A stretch of 64,000 nucleotides of DNA from Laetmonice hystrix (lineage: Eukaryota): the NCBI GenBank assembly GCA_965235115.1, contig OZ249440.1:35218001-35282000 (forward strand), written 5' to 3'. The notes under the pieces are model-generated. The model saw only the letters and a program-made list of their open reading frames with translations. It made no database searches and was not told where the DNA came from. Shown piece after piece: positions 32,970 through 46,095 of the stretch. Numbering within the stretch: position 1 is the stretch's first letter; every line of letters begins with the position of its first letter. The position numbers and the translations under genes were made by a program.

Positions 32970-35900
32970 CCGTAAAATGGGGTTACTTTGGCCCACTTTT
33001 TCTACTTTTTAATAAATTGATCGTATTCTAAGATGTGTTCAGGGATATTTCTAGATGTAACCTGAAGCTGCTCAACATGTCTATCTAATATACGTTTGCC
33101 CATATAGAATCAACAACAGGAAGACTATGTTTTTAACTGAAATCGGCTGGGCCAGTGGGTAAGGTCAAATCTAAAAGTTAAATGGGTGTTAACGCTAGGT
33201 ATTAAGAAAGTGTTCTATAAATCGGAAATTTGACCTCGTCCTGGGTGTTTACTTAACACTGAGTTAACACTGTCTCAACAACGTGTTAACACCTAAAACA
33301 CACCTTGGAAACACCTAGATAACTCAGGTGTCCCCTTAATCTCAGTAAGGTCCCAGGTGTCGTTGGAATACCATAGAAAACCTATACAACACCTGAGACA
33401 GGTCAAAACTCAGAGTCAAGCTTATTCCTTATTCCACTGGTAGGAGTGGCGACCAGGTGTGGCTGATGTGTCAGGAAAGTGTTACCTGAGTTTTTTCAAA
33501 GTATTAACAAGGTGTTGTTAAAATGTTAACTGGAGCCTAGTGTTAAAGGTCCAGGTTAACGCTTCTTCCTGAGATAACACCTGGATAATCCAGGCGTATA
33601 GTTAACTCTCATATTTGACCTCACCCAATGTTACCCTGGCTTCGGGGTAACTTTGGCCCACATATATTTTCTCTATCGTTTTCTCTTTTTTCTTTGATTT
33701 TTCTCACATGTTTTCTCACATGTTTTAATATGTGGGGTAGAATTAACATTTTCAACATTAAATAATTCACTTATAATTCAACATGAACATCAATTTCTCC
33801 CATTTTTGTCACAGTAGCTTTCTGGCATTTCATTATCAAAAATGTATCAATTCATTATAATTAGAAAAAATTTTCATTTTTCGACATTAAAATTAATTTC
33901 ATTCATTTATCATGAACATTCAGACCTCATTTTCAACATTTCCTCCATTTTTGTTTAGGAGGCCTAACATGAACATCAAATTTGTCCAGTTCTTTCACCT
34001 GCCTCGAGGGTCGTTAGTATGATAGAATATCTCGTCGGGTGTTGCTGGCCACTTCCAGTTGACGCCGCTAGGGTGCATCACATTCACCATAGCACCATCC
34101 GACTCAGCCCTCACTACATTGCCGGGATATCTGTCACCGTTATTCGACAATAACATATTGCCCCATCTGGACGGTCTGACGGTTTGTGTCTTCCGCATCT
34201 TCCACTGAATCATCACTCTGTTCACTGTCATCTTGACGGTTTGTGTCTTCCGCATTTTCCACTGAATCATCAATCTGTTCACAGTCTTCTTCACTGCCAT
34301 CTTCGCTCTCATCTCGAGAGACTACGTCTCCAGCCTGACCTCTCGTACTCCTATCAAAAAAGTCTGGAACATGATACGGAGACTTAAAGGCAAGGGAGGT
34401 GGTACTGGAGTTCAACACTTAAAACACCAAGACACCCTACTAACCACCACAGATGAAATAGCAAATAAACTGGCCAAAACCTTTGAAACAAACTCCTCCT
34501 CCAGGAACTGCCTCCCTCAATTCCAAGCCATTCGTGCTCGAAAAGAGAAACAAAAACTAAATTTCCACTCTAACAACACAGAAGAGTATAACCAACTCTT
34601 TTCCATTGAAGAACTAAGATGCTCTCTTAAAAAATCACACGACACTGCAGTTGGACCTGACAAAGTACATTACCAATTCTTAAAACATCTACCCGACACC
34701 ACCCTCCTCATCCTTCTTCACATTTTCAACAATATCTAGATAACTGGTAATATACCCCTTTCCTGGCAAGAAGCAATAATCATCCCCATCCCAAAACCAG
34801 GAAAAGACCATAGTGAAGCTAACAATTACAGACCAATAGCCTTAACAAGTTGCCTGTGCAAAACCATGGAGAGAATGATTAATGATCGCCTCGTCTGGAA
34901 GCTGGAGTCTGAGCAGCTCATAACCGAGTTTCAGTGTGGCTTCCGGCGAGGGAGAAGTACTCTTGATCATCTAATCAGACTCGAGACATACATCCGAGAT
35001 GCTTTTATCAACCGTGAACATGTTGTTGCCGTCTTTTTCGACCTTGAAAAGGCATACGACACAACATGGAAGTACGGCATTTTAAAGGATTTACATGATA
35101 TGGGTTTTAGGGGGCGTTTGCCCCTTTTCATATCTCAGTTTTTATCCAACAGACATTTTCAAGTCAGAGTAGGCACGACCCTGTCTGACTTGCACGACCA
35201 AGAATTAGGTGTGCCTCAGGGAAGCATTTTGTCCGTTACCCTTTTTAGTATTAAGATCAACAGCATTGTTAACTCGGTTAAAACTGGCATGCCCTGCAGC
35301 CTGTTCGTCGATGACTTTGACGTCTGCTGCAGAGGCAAAAACATGAATGCCATTGAGAGGCAGCTCCAACTCTGTCTCAACAGAATCCACACTTGGTCGG
35401 TGGAAAATGGTTTTAAATTTTCAAAATCTAAAACGGTCTGCATGCATTTCTGCAAACTGCGTGCTTTCCACCTTGACCCCGAGTTGACAATGGATGGGGA
35501 TCCTGTCAAGGTTGTTAAAGAGACAAAGTTTCTGGGACTCACTTTTGACAGCAAGCTGTCTTTTATCCCTCACATTAAATCCCTCAAATCCAGATGCCTT
35601 AAGGCTCTGGATGTTCTCAAGGTTTTATCTGGCACAAACTGGGGGGCAGACAGTACAGTCCTTTTACAACTGTACAGAGCTTTAATCCGGTCGAAGCTCG
35701 ATTACGGTAGCATAGTTTATGGTTCTGCTTGTAAGTCTTACATTCGGCTTTTGGACACGGTTCACCACCAGGGTTTGCGGCTTTCACTTGGGGCTTTTAG
35801 AACGTCCCCTGTTCAGAGCCTCTATGTGGAGGCCCGAGAGCCATCGCTTGACAACAGGCGTCTGAAGCTGGCTCTGCAGTATGCAGTCAAGCTCGGGACA

Positions 35901-37450
35901 AACAGTTCAAATCCAGCTTACAATTGCGTTTTTCACCCTCAGTTCCAACATTTATATGAAAGAAAGGAAACGTACATACGTCCTTTTGGACTGAGGGTGA
36001 AACCTCATCTAGAGGAACTGGATATTGATCTGAACGTCCTGGGGCAGACACACTTTTGCAACATTCCTCCTTGGGACTTGGAAAAGCCTGACGTCATCCT
36101 TCAGTTGGCTCAACTGAAGAAGTCAGAGACTCATCCCCTGACATATTTTGAACATTTTCTTGGCGTCCAGGCAAGGTACCCCTCACATTATGCCTTCTAT
36201 ACAGATGGCTCAAAGGATGGCAGTGATGTGTCTGCGGCTGCAGTTCATGGCAAGCACAACTTCGGCACCCGCATCTCAGGGCAAAGTTCCATCTTCTCAG
36301 CAGAGGCCCGGGCCCTGCTTCTTGCCCTTGAAAATATTGAAGTTTCTAGTGAAAAGGATTTCCTTATTTTCTCGGATTCCTTATCCTGTCTGCAAGCACT
36401 TGCTAACTTGAACACAGATCACCCGGTGATCGTTCAAATCTTGTCCAAGTTGGCAGTGCTTGCCAGTGCAAACTTTGATATTCACTTTTGCTGGGTGCCT
36501 GGGCATGTTGGTATCCCAGGCAATGAGCAAGCTGACAGAACTGCCAAGAGGGCTCTTGAAACAGACGTCGAACTGTGTCCAATCCCAGCCTCTGACCTCA
36601 GACCTACCATCTGGGCATACATTAAGAACAAATGGCAGGCTGAATGGGATGAACAACCAAACAATAAATTGTACCAGATCAGTCCTGTCGTGAACCAAAG
36701 GTGTCTTCACAGCCTAACCCAACGTAGGCATGAAATTGTTTATACTCGATGCAGGATTGGTCATTCTAGATTAACCCACGTGTTTTTATTCAAGGGGGGG
36801 CCACCTCCAGAGTGTCATGGCTGTCAGTGTCCTTTGACACTGAAGCATCTTTTACTTGAGTGTGGTGATTTTACTCTGATCAGACAACGGTTTTATAGTG
36901 AGACAAGTCTTAAGGATCTTTTTAACAATGTCAGACCAGGAGTGATTTTAGAGTTTTTGTCAGAAGCTCGACTTCTGACTCTTTTATAGTTCAGGCTCGT
37001 CGATGGCCCGGTTGGGCTGACAGGATGGAGTGTGTTTTAATGATATTCCCGTTGGGGCCCGGGATAAAATAGGTTCCTTTCATTTCATGGTCTTTTTAAC
37101 CCTGTTTTCGCCGTGAAGATGGCCCCAGATGCCGGCACGGCGGAAAACCACCACTACTCACTCACTCACTCTCGCTCTCATCTCCATCACCCGCTGCTCT
37201 AATATCCTCGAAGAATATGCTTTTTCCTGCTGGAACACTCAGTTTGCTTCTCTTCCGTGGTTTTGCTTTAGGTCCTCGCAGGTCAGTCAGGTGCTCCAGA
37301 AAGCTGTCACTGAGGCTGGTGTTATGCTGGTTAACATCTGGTAACCGCTGGAGGATTTCATTTCCGTTCACATGATGTAGCTGTCAGTACGGAATCGTGC
37401 ATGAGCGATAATAGGGGCTCGCAACAGATCCAGCTCCCCTCGACTTACAA
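32970..37450 (-). mobile_element. pogo/Fot1-like DNA transposon 3' remnant, split by a LINE
   Basis: TA|CCGTAAAATGGGGTTACTTTGG terminus with a subterminal repeat near 33644; C-terminal peptides RKRSKLSVPAGKSI (about 37200-37370) and GQYVIVE..GDRYPG...VMHPSGVNWKWP (about 34000-34170); superfamily tentative. Confidence 0.55.
34316..37171 (+). mobile_element. 5'-truncated I-group LINE, subfamily A (ORF2 34371..36989 with one stop)
   Basis: 13-bp TSD TCGCTCTCATCTC at 34303-34315 and 37172-37184; 707-aa RT-RNaseH-CCHC ORF; (CACT)n tail. Confidence 0.96.
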
Positions 37451-38692
37451 TCGATGGTTAGGTCATGTTATCCACCCGACGGATACATGTGAAGTCGGAC
37501 CAGGGTGATCTCGGCCCAGGTGACCTCGGCCCGATATGGTGAACTCGGCCCAGTGAATTCGGACCGGTGTGGTGATCTCGGCCCACTGTGACCAATGTCG
37601 GCCTGTTGAACTCGGCCCAGTGAATTCGGGCCGGTGTGGTGATCTCGGCCCACTGTGACAAATCAGACAAAATGTAGGCCGGGCTAGACTACAGGTGCAG
37701 GCCTGGGGAATGCCAATAATTACTGGCAATATAGGCTACGTGTAATGTGCGTGTTCTGCATTCCCGATTCCTAGAGATCCCCCTCCCCTGGCAAGCCTGC
37801 CCGGGTTCAGCGAGTGAGCGAGTGGCTGGTCACTCGCCCGGGCAGGCTACGCGAGCCGACGGCATATGAACCGCTCGCGCTTTGTCCTAGTTGTAGGGGG
37901 CTTGGCCGGCGGTCGGGATGGCCGGGGCTTGTACGGGGCCAAGTCTTGTATCAGCCGGCACCCAGTAGCATGTCCCGCACGCGTGTCAACCCGAAGGGAC
38001 CAACAAGAACCTCGGCCCACCCGAAGCCAGACCGGCTAACAGTAACACTTGCACCCAGGTCATGAGGCCGAAGACCTTTAAGTTTAGGCCTTCCCTCATT
38101 CAAATCTCCTTTTTTTAAATTAAAATATTTATTTATATTCCAGGCAGTAGCCTACATATTCAACCTACATTGCTACAACGATGGATCTTCCACAAGCGCC
38201 TACTATTGTACAAATTCATCATATACAATCATAGAATAATACTCGAAATATATCGCTGCACAACATATTAACAATGTAGGCCTAGCTAGCCTGGGGATGA
38301 ATAGGCCTACAATGAACTGTAGAGCAAAGTACCCAAATGTGGGGATCAAATGGTTCTTTAATATTGATTAACAAAATAGCTTACCGATACAACTCCGTTC
38401 AGCATACACAAATGTTTGTTACACAGCTAGTGGTCTGACCTTACCTATAGATAGAGATGTTGCTGTGTCCTGGCTTGTGAGTGGCACGGTAAGTTTGGGC
38501 CAAGGCTGAAGATGGTAGTTGTGTAGAGTGGAGAATGTGTGGAGAGTGCTTTAGAAATTGTGTGTAAGGATTGATATAGCTTACAAAAAAGAGCATCCCT
38601 TCACTTCAATCTTATATTATCGAGGGTACATGACCAAATCTATGGAATGATAAAGAACATATAAACTTTAGTTGCTACTAACATAACTTAAA

Positions 38693-38810
38693 TCCATATA
38701 GGCCTACAATCGTTTACTTTGAATATGATCAAGTTTGTGGAAATATAATAATCATATAGGCCTACAATCGTTTACTTTGAATATGATCAAGTTTGTGGAA
38801 ATATAATAAA
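38693..38810. repeat. Tandem duplication of about 59 bp
   Basis: CATATAGGCCTACAATCGTTTACTTTGAATATGATCAAGTTTGTGGAAATATAATA twice. Confidence 0.85.
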
Positions 38811-39307
38811 GGAACCTAAAACAAAGGAGACACTGAGTTTGATAGTCCTCGGAAGTGGGAGACCGAACCTCAGAGTGAATGACTAATCTAATAACATTTC
38901 TTAGAACTGGTTTGAGAGGAAGTGTGATTAACGCTGCGTATGTATCTATGACCTGGGTTGGTGGAGATAAGGACCATAAACCCATACTAAGCGGTTTCTA
39001 AAATATTGTCAGCTTCCCAGGATGTGCCGCTGAGGTTAAGGGAAGTTAAGTGGAAGTAAGACATAAAATTACTACTAAGAAACTCTTTCCTTCTGTTTAA
39101 ACCCAGGAACCTCAAATGAGTTCCTTGAAAATTATGCTCATACCTATACCTACTGTATGTGATATTGTAAAGTTACAAACACATTAAAACCAATGACAGT
39201 ACCCTAAAATCAAGGAGGTGGGTAACGAACGCTTCTTTTAAATTATTGTACAAAGGAATATAAAGAAAGCTCTATCCCATGATTCTTCGTTGTTTAAAAG
39301 AACTCGG

Positions 39308-39700
39308 CTATAGAGACATCTCCACCTGTACATTGCAGCTAAAGGTGTAGAATCATTCTCACACTCAACTAGGGTGATGACATCTCCACCTTTACATTCC
39401 AGCTATAGGTGTAGAATCTTTCTACAGCTATAGACTGGCAACATCCGCCTTTACTCTCCAGTTATAGGTGTAGAATCATTCTCACACTCAACTAGGGTGA
39501 TGACATCTCCACCTTTACATTCCAGCTATAGGTGTAGAATCTTTCTCACAGCTATAGACTGGCGACATCTCCGCCTTTACTCTCCAGTTATAGGTGTAGA
39601 ATCATTCTCACACTCAACTATAGAGGTGATGACATCTCAACCTTCACTTCACTATAGGTGTAAAAACAATCTTACGCTCAGATACAGGTGATAAAATCTC
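39308..39700. repeat. Minisatellite, about 62-bp unit, about 6 copies, alternating variants
   Basis: AGGTGTAGAATC recurs near 39342, 39407, 39467, 39530 and 39592, with a degenerate copy near 39656. Confidence 0.85.
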
Positions 39701-39997
39701 TAACGAGTCAACTTCTACCTTCCAACCAGAACTTTTATCAGCATTTGTTTTTAAATTACAGTTAACTTTCCATATGCAAGCCCTATATATATATTAACAT
39801 TCGGTGGTATGGTCCTATATGGGAAGTCGGGAAACGGTCGGGACGGATTTATTCCTTGTGGATACTGTAGCCGCTGTCTAGTAGTATATGGAAAGGGTCA
39901 TTAATATCAGGCAGGAGAAAAAAGTTACAGGACGCCCCTAAATAAAAATATATCTGTAAGAAGTTTTCCCAATAGAATTTCCGAACCCTTTCTTCTC

Positions 39998-40180
39998 TTA
40001 GATGTGCCGGGTGTGAACTGTTTGTGCCGGGTGTGGCATTTAGCACCCCGAGGTATGATCTGTCAACACGAGGGTCCCTTAGATGTGCCGGGTGTGAACT
40101 GTTTGTGCCGGGTGTGACATTTAGCACCTCGAGGTATGATCTGTCAACACCCTTAGATGTGCCGGGTGTGAAACTGTTTG
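39998..40180. repeat. Tandem repeat of about 81 bp upstream of the MULE transposase
   Basis: TTAGATGTGCCGGGTGTGAACTGTTTGTGCCGGGTGTG...GAGGTATGATCTGTCAACAC about 2.5 times. Confidence 0.8.
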
Positions 40181-40323
40181 TCACACTCAATGTCACGGGA
40201 ACTGCCATCACCTTTCTGAGTGTTGCATGCTTTAAGGGGTATAAATATGCCTGCCCTCAAGAGGTCAGATCATTCGCCTTCGAACTTCATACTACGCAAC
40301 AGCCTTCGACCGAGCAACCCAAG

Positions 40324-42378
40324 ATGTCAACTCCTGCTTTTCCGTGCCTGGTCTGCCGACAGGACGTCCGCCGACCTGCTGCGACCGGTGCCAGCGCTGG
40401 CAGCACAGAACCTGCGCGACAGGGGTAACCCGCGAACAGTACCGCCAGATGGTGAAGGGAACCCTTGAAATGGATTGGAACTGTCGGGAATGTTCAGCAT
40501 ATGAGGTAGGCAGACATTACTTGAAGCATGAAACCAATATGTGGATAACCATTATAGTTATTGAATTTTGATGTTATGTGTTTCAGTCCTAAACATTATT
40601 TGGCTTGCTGTTTTCAGGATGCTCAAGAGATGCAGATGGATATAGATCTACCAGTGCCTTCAGGGGAGAGCACACGACTTTCCGAACTGGAGAGGACACC
40701 CACCCGTCCACGCCACCGCCTCCTCGCCAGCCTGGATTCCACCCCCCAACCTGCAACTGTGCCCTCAATGCGATCCTTTGAAGCGCGACCTTCCGACTCT
40801 CCGCCTGCTGCCGAGGCTGCACATCCTGTAGAGGAGCCATCCTTGGAGGATTCGACAGTGAGAGAAGAACCCAATGTTACCGACCAGCCCCGGTTTAAGG
40901 TGGTGGATGACAGCAGCATCCGGGGCAAGAACAAGTTGTTCGATAGGCACGGATATTCTTTCACCGTCCAGAGACAGAACAGTGAGTATATAGGCTACCT
41001 ATACCACATGAATATCAAAATGTTAAAAAACATTAACCTGTGGTTATAAATGTTGTCATATATTTATAGTATGTCATATTTATTTTGTTTTGTGTCTTTC
41101 AGATCGCTCTACCGTCTGGAGATGTTCCGTGAGAAACAAGTCTACCGGCAACTGCCCTGCCACGGTACGCCAAGTCGGGGATACGTTTACTCCAGGCGAG
41201 ACAGCCCACATCCACCCTGCCATCCCAGGAGGTGCCATCGCAGCCAAGGTGGCGAAGCAAGTAAAGGTCAAGGCCCTCGGCGACGTGTTTCGGTCGGCAG
41301 CAGCCATCGCAGAGGTGGCCTTGACTGAGCACCTAGGGAACGCCCCCTGTCCCGCCCTCCAATGCCAGGACTACCTGGTACGAAATGCCAACTACGCCCG
41401 CCAAAGAGCCCGTCCCGAGGATCCGACCTCCACCTCCAGGAAGACCACCTCCCAGACAACTTCCTGAAGGGAGACCTTCTCACCGAAGGACGGCGCCACC
41501 TCCTTTTTGCCACCCAGCAGCAGCTCCAGCTCCTCAGCAGGGCCAAGCGATGGTACATGGACGCTACGTTCCACGTCGTGAAGCCACCCTTCTCCCATCT
41601 CTTCTCCATACATGCCTTTGTGAGGTCCGCCGAAAACACGAAACAGATCCCTCTCCTCTTCGCCCTAATGTCCGGAAAGCGGAAGCGTGATTACAAGGCC
41701 GTCATCAATGCTGTCCTCCGTGTCCTCCCTACCCAACCTGCCGTTCGTCAAGTCGTCATCGACTTTGAGAGGGCCCTCTGGAAAGCCGTAGACAGCAGCC
41801 TGCCTGACACCACAACCCTTGGATGCTGCTTCCACTGGACCCAGGCAGTGTGGAGGCACATTCAGGGGTTGGGACTGCAACGCCCCTACCTCCAGGATGA
41901 CGCCACCCACAAGCTCCTCCGGAAGCTGATGGCCCTGCCTCTGCTGCCAGCCGAAACCATCCCCGCCACCTTCGCCACCCTCGCCAGAAAGGCCAACACA
42001 GACGCCACCACCCAGCTAATCGGGTACATCCAGACGACATGGATCGACAGCAGCACCTGGTCCCCGTCCGCCTGGAGCGTCTATGGCCAGTCCATTCGGA
42101 CGAACAACGACTGCGAAGGCTGGCATCGTCGCCTGAACGAACGTGGTCGCGGACAGATGCCCCTCTACCAGCTGGTACAGCTACTCCACCGCGAGGCCAG
42201 CATCGTCTGCACCACAGTCCGCCTGGTGTCGGAAAAGAAGGTCTGCCGCCACCAGAGACGTCGCTTCCAACGCCACCAAGGAAAGATTTTCAAGCTGTGG
42301 GAAGAGTTTGACAGCGGTGACAGGACGGCCATGCAGCTGCTGAAGGCATGTGCCATGCTGCATGGGCCTGTTGTGTAA
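40324..42378 (+). pseudogene. MULE transposase, 3 exons: PHD finger, FLYWCH-like and MULE DDE domains; small frameshifting deletions
   Basis: Exons at about 40324-40505, 40618-40981 and 41103-42378 with GT-AG; CLVC...CDRCQRWQHRTC...WNCREC; WRC...C...HIH; WYMDATF, VIDFE, GCCFHW, RTNNDCEGWH. Confidence 0.88.
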
Positions 42379-43921
42379 AGTAGTATAATGGATAGTGTAT
42401 AAACGAATGTGTGTGTGTGTGTGGGGGATTATGATGTATCCGATGTAGGCCTATGGTATCAAGATATACCTATGTATACAGGCCCAGTCAAACTTTGTCC
42501 AGTAAATGTCAGTTTCGACTTTCGTGTATAATTGTAGATAATCATGTGTTATAGTAGGCTAGTAGGCCTAGTTCACAGTGCCATTTTACAGCAATTCGGA
42601 GGGTTCAATAAATTAAAATGATTTTATTTATAAATTTTCCAAGTGTTGTTTCTCTCCCTTCCCCTCCCCCCGACCAAGTTTTCCTCACTTCACCACATGT
42701 GGTATAAAGAGATAGATCTAGAGTAGAGAGACATTGAAAATTAGCATTGTCTGTTTTTTTACCAGCGTCTCACTAAGGCTGGTTAATGAATGCTGAGATT
42801 CTGAAACCTCATTCACATAGGGTGGGGAGGTGGTGGTGCCCGGATGGGTCTGCAAGGGCAGGCTGCTTGCCGGCGAAGACAGACCCCACCCCGGCCCCCA
42901 GCCACCACCATCACCACCTCGGCCGCCGAGCGGCAGCCCGGCAGACTGCGCTGCGGTGGTTACGGTTACGGGAGCTCCGACTCCCCGGCCCGGCAGAGTG
43001 TCGGCCCGCCAATCGCGGCCTAGCCTATAACTACTAGATCTATAGCCTACTAGTTAGGAAATCATACACACATACACACAAACAGACTGTCAGGACAGAG
43101 GACAATGAATCAACATGGTTACTGACGCTGTCAAGAGTCTAATATATCTAATATAATCCGTATATTGCCCTTGGGCCGAGATCACCATGAACGGCTCGGG
43201 CCGACTTCACCACATCGGTCCGACATCACCTAGATATGGGCCGAGATCACCGTGGTCCGAGGTCACCATGGGCCGAGTTCACCAGTACCCCCACCCGACA
43301 GTAGTATAATCGCCATGTTCTATGTATTCCAGCCTTCAGTAAGAGTTGTCATTGCTCACATGTCATTTTACGGCCACCTAAGGCCAGTTGTTTACGTAGC
43401 CTCGACAAACGACATATCACTATGTTACTTCCGGGATGCGCCTCCCTCAGAAAGTAGTTCTGGCGTGATCTATTTATCCTAACATTTACCAGTATTGTCG
43501 CACCCTAGACAGTGCATTGTATTTTTTGGTATAAGACCTTGTTCTATAGGCTTCAGTAGTTAAGTTTTAGCACGTGGTAGCAAGATCCAAGTGGATCCTT
43601 GTTTAAAAACAAACCTTCGCACAAGAATATCTGAGTAGAAGGTGGGTACTACTTTAAAACAGCATGGACGAGCGTGGCTTCGAATCGTCGCCGAATATTT
43701 GTCAATCCATCCAACAATAACAGAAAGGATACTACTCTAAGGTATTTACACGTTAAGCTAAATGTTTTAAGAATCTCGGGTAGTTAGTTATTTTGTGTGT
43801 CAAGTACTCTTGTCCATTATATCGCGCCCTGAACCAAACTCATGGAGAGAGCCTAGGCGCCTTTGTATCACTATCAGACTTCCGGTCTTCCGGCATGTGT
43901 ACACTAAGTCATATCTCCTAG

Positions 43922-45838
43922 GACGCTATCGAAAGACTGCAGGCGGAAAAGGACGTCCAAGTCGCAGAGGCGAGAGTCAGAGCTTATGAGATGTTTGATG
44001 AAGGGGGTGCCGATCGTCGTTCTAACCTAAGTCACCCTGATTCACCTCGTGGAGCTGACACCAGGATACTCTCAACCCTGAATCCAGAGGCGGTTTCCGT
44101 TAAGCAGCAACAAATCACTTCAGAAATTAAGTCTTCCACCCCCAGCGATGTTGCTAACCTGGCACAAGTACTAACTCAAACCATTAAAGCCAATCGCCTG
44201 CCTGCACCCGAGCCCACCGTCTTTGATGGTGATCCGTTGAAGTTTACAGACTGGAAGATCTCATTTTCCACGCTAATCGGCAGCAAGCCCCTACCCGTTG
44301 GAGAGAAAATGTTCTACCTAAAGAGGTATCTCAGTGGAGAGGCTAGGAGAGCAATCGAAGGATTCTTTTTTGGGGAAACTGAAGATGTTTATCAAGGAGC
44401 ATGGAAGGTCCTAATGGAGAGATACGGAGACCCCTTCATTGTAAAGAGGGCCTTTCGGGATAACCTATCCAAGTGGCCTAAGGTAGGACCTCGGGATGCA
44501 CTCGCCTTGAGAGAATTCGCCAACTTTCTTCAGGCATGCTCACAAGCCATTCCCCATGTTAAGGGTTTGTCTGTCCTGGACGATTGCGAAGAAAACCATA
44601 AACTTCTCAACAAACTGCCAGATTGGTTAGTACGCAGGTGGAACCGCATCGTCGTGGCAAAACTGGACGATACTGGAGATTACCCTGGCTTTGCAGAATT
44701 CACAGAGTCCATTGGTAAGGAAGCGCGCATCGTTTGCAATCCAGTCGTCTCCCCACTCATCACAAGGCACACAGATGAAAGAAAGGTCAAGGCCAGGTCG
44801 CTCAGTACCAAGGCCATTAAGGAGGCCACAGTTGACAAGACTCACAGGGACGATCGTGTCAGCGATGGGTCGAAGGTAGATTGTCCAGACAGCACGGTCA
44901 CCACAAGAGGGAATTCAACATGCCTTATGTGTGGGGAAGCCGGACATAATATCTCCACATGTACCGAATTTATTGCAAAGACAATGGAAGAAAAGAAGGA
45001 ATTTATACATCAAAACCATATCTGCTTCGGATGCTTGAGAAAGGGACACTTCAGCAGAGAGTGTAAGCACAGGCACACTTGCAGAACATGTGGGAAGCGT
45101 CACCCTACATGCCTGCATGAAGAAGGAAGGGAGGCAGAAAGAGCAAATCGAAGGGAGGGGGCTAATCCTATTGGGCAGGACCACATCCAAAGGGCCACAT
45201 CGCACGCTTCATCCAGGAACACTTCAGCAACAACAGGAATCGTTCCCGTTATGGTGTCACCTGTCGAGGAGCCAAGCAAGGAAGTGTTGGTGTATGCTTT
45301 GCTTGACAAGTGAGTGACACTACCTTCATCCTAGACGATGTACAAGAAAGGCTAAAGGTGGAAACTCGGTCGGTGAGACTGAAGCTAAGCACGATGACTA
45401 CAGTCGACTCGATGGTCCAGAGCAAGTGTGTAAAGGGTCTGCAGGTAAGGGGGTTACACTCTGAGGACAAGATCCAACTGCCCCCCTCGTACACAAGAGA
45501 CTTTATTCCAATCGAAAAGTCACACATTCCTACATCGAACACAACACTGCAATGGCCGCACCTGAGTCATCTGGCAGATAGACTGCCCCCTCTCCATGAT
45601 TGCAAAGTAGGGCTACTCATTGGGTACGATTGCCCCCTGGCACTCGCGCCTGTTGAGGTTGTGATTGGAGAAGAAAACGAACCATTTGCTCAGAGAACAA
45701 AACTAGGATGGAGTATCATAGGCCTCTCCAACACTCATATGGAAAGGCAGGGCAGCAGGGGGTACGTTCATCGCGTTACAGCTAAGGAAGTGCTGACGAC
45801 TGACGTCCTTAAAACATTGGAGTCAGATTTTCAGGAAA
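43922..45838 (+). pseudogene. BEL/Pao LTR retrotransposon gag-protease remnant
   Basis: EPTVFDGDPLKFTDWK, three knuckles (CLMC, CFGCLRKGH, CRTCGKRHPTCLH), VYALLD..SDTTFI with frameshift, GLLIGYD, TKLGWSIIG; truncated before RT. Confidence 0.9.
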
Positions 45839-46090
45839 ACTTGATCCCTGCCGTGTCACATAGAATGGAAAATCGGCAATCTGTTCCTCCTGGTACCTCA
45901 CTGGGAAAAACACAACTCCGTGAACAGGTATGGGTGTGCCACCGTATGCGCTAAGTGGATTGACTGGTGGATGGAGAGGGTAGTCAGCAAAACAGTTCTG
46001 GTATGTAGTGTCACTCAGTATTGACACTTTGGCATCGATATAATCCCTAACCATGTTGACGTCATTCCCAGTCTTCACTGTAGATATGTC
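45839..46090 (-). pseudogene. Gypsy-type aspartic protease fragment
   Basis: AKVSILS...LSAYGGTPIPVHG...FYVTRQG resembles the protease of 48684..52091 (LSAYNGTQIPQYG). Confidence 0.55.
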
Positions 46091-46095
46091 ACGGA

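Larger units (their letters stand above)
37481..43290 (+). mobile_element. Mutator-like element (MULE), both ends present
   Basis: 9-bp TSD CCACCCGAC at 37472-37480 and 43291-43299; termini made of inverted arrays of GGTGA(A/T/C)CTCGGCCC motifs; internal MULE transposase. Confidence 0.92.

Noticed and set aside
39308..39700. Regularly spaced repeats resembling a CRISPR array
   Set aside because: The intervening sequences are themselves repeated (no unique spacers), the context is eukaryotic and there are no cas genes; it is a minisatellite.
43422..43920. 5' LTR and PBS of the BEL element
   Set aside because: A TGTTAC start is visible but no matching end, PBS or second LTR could be fixed.
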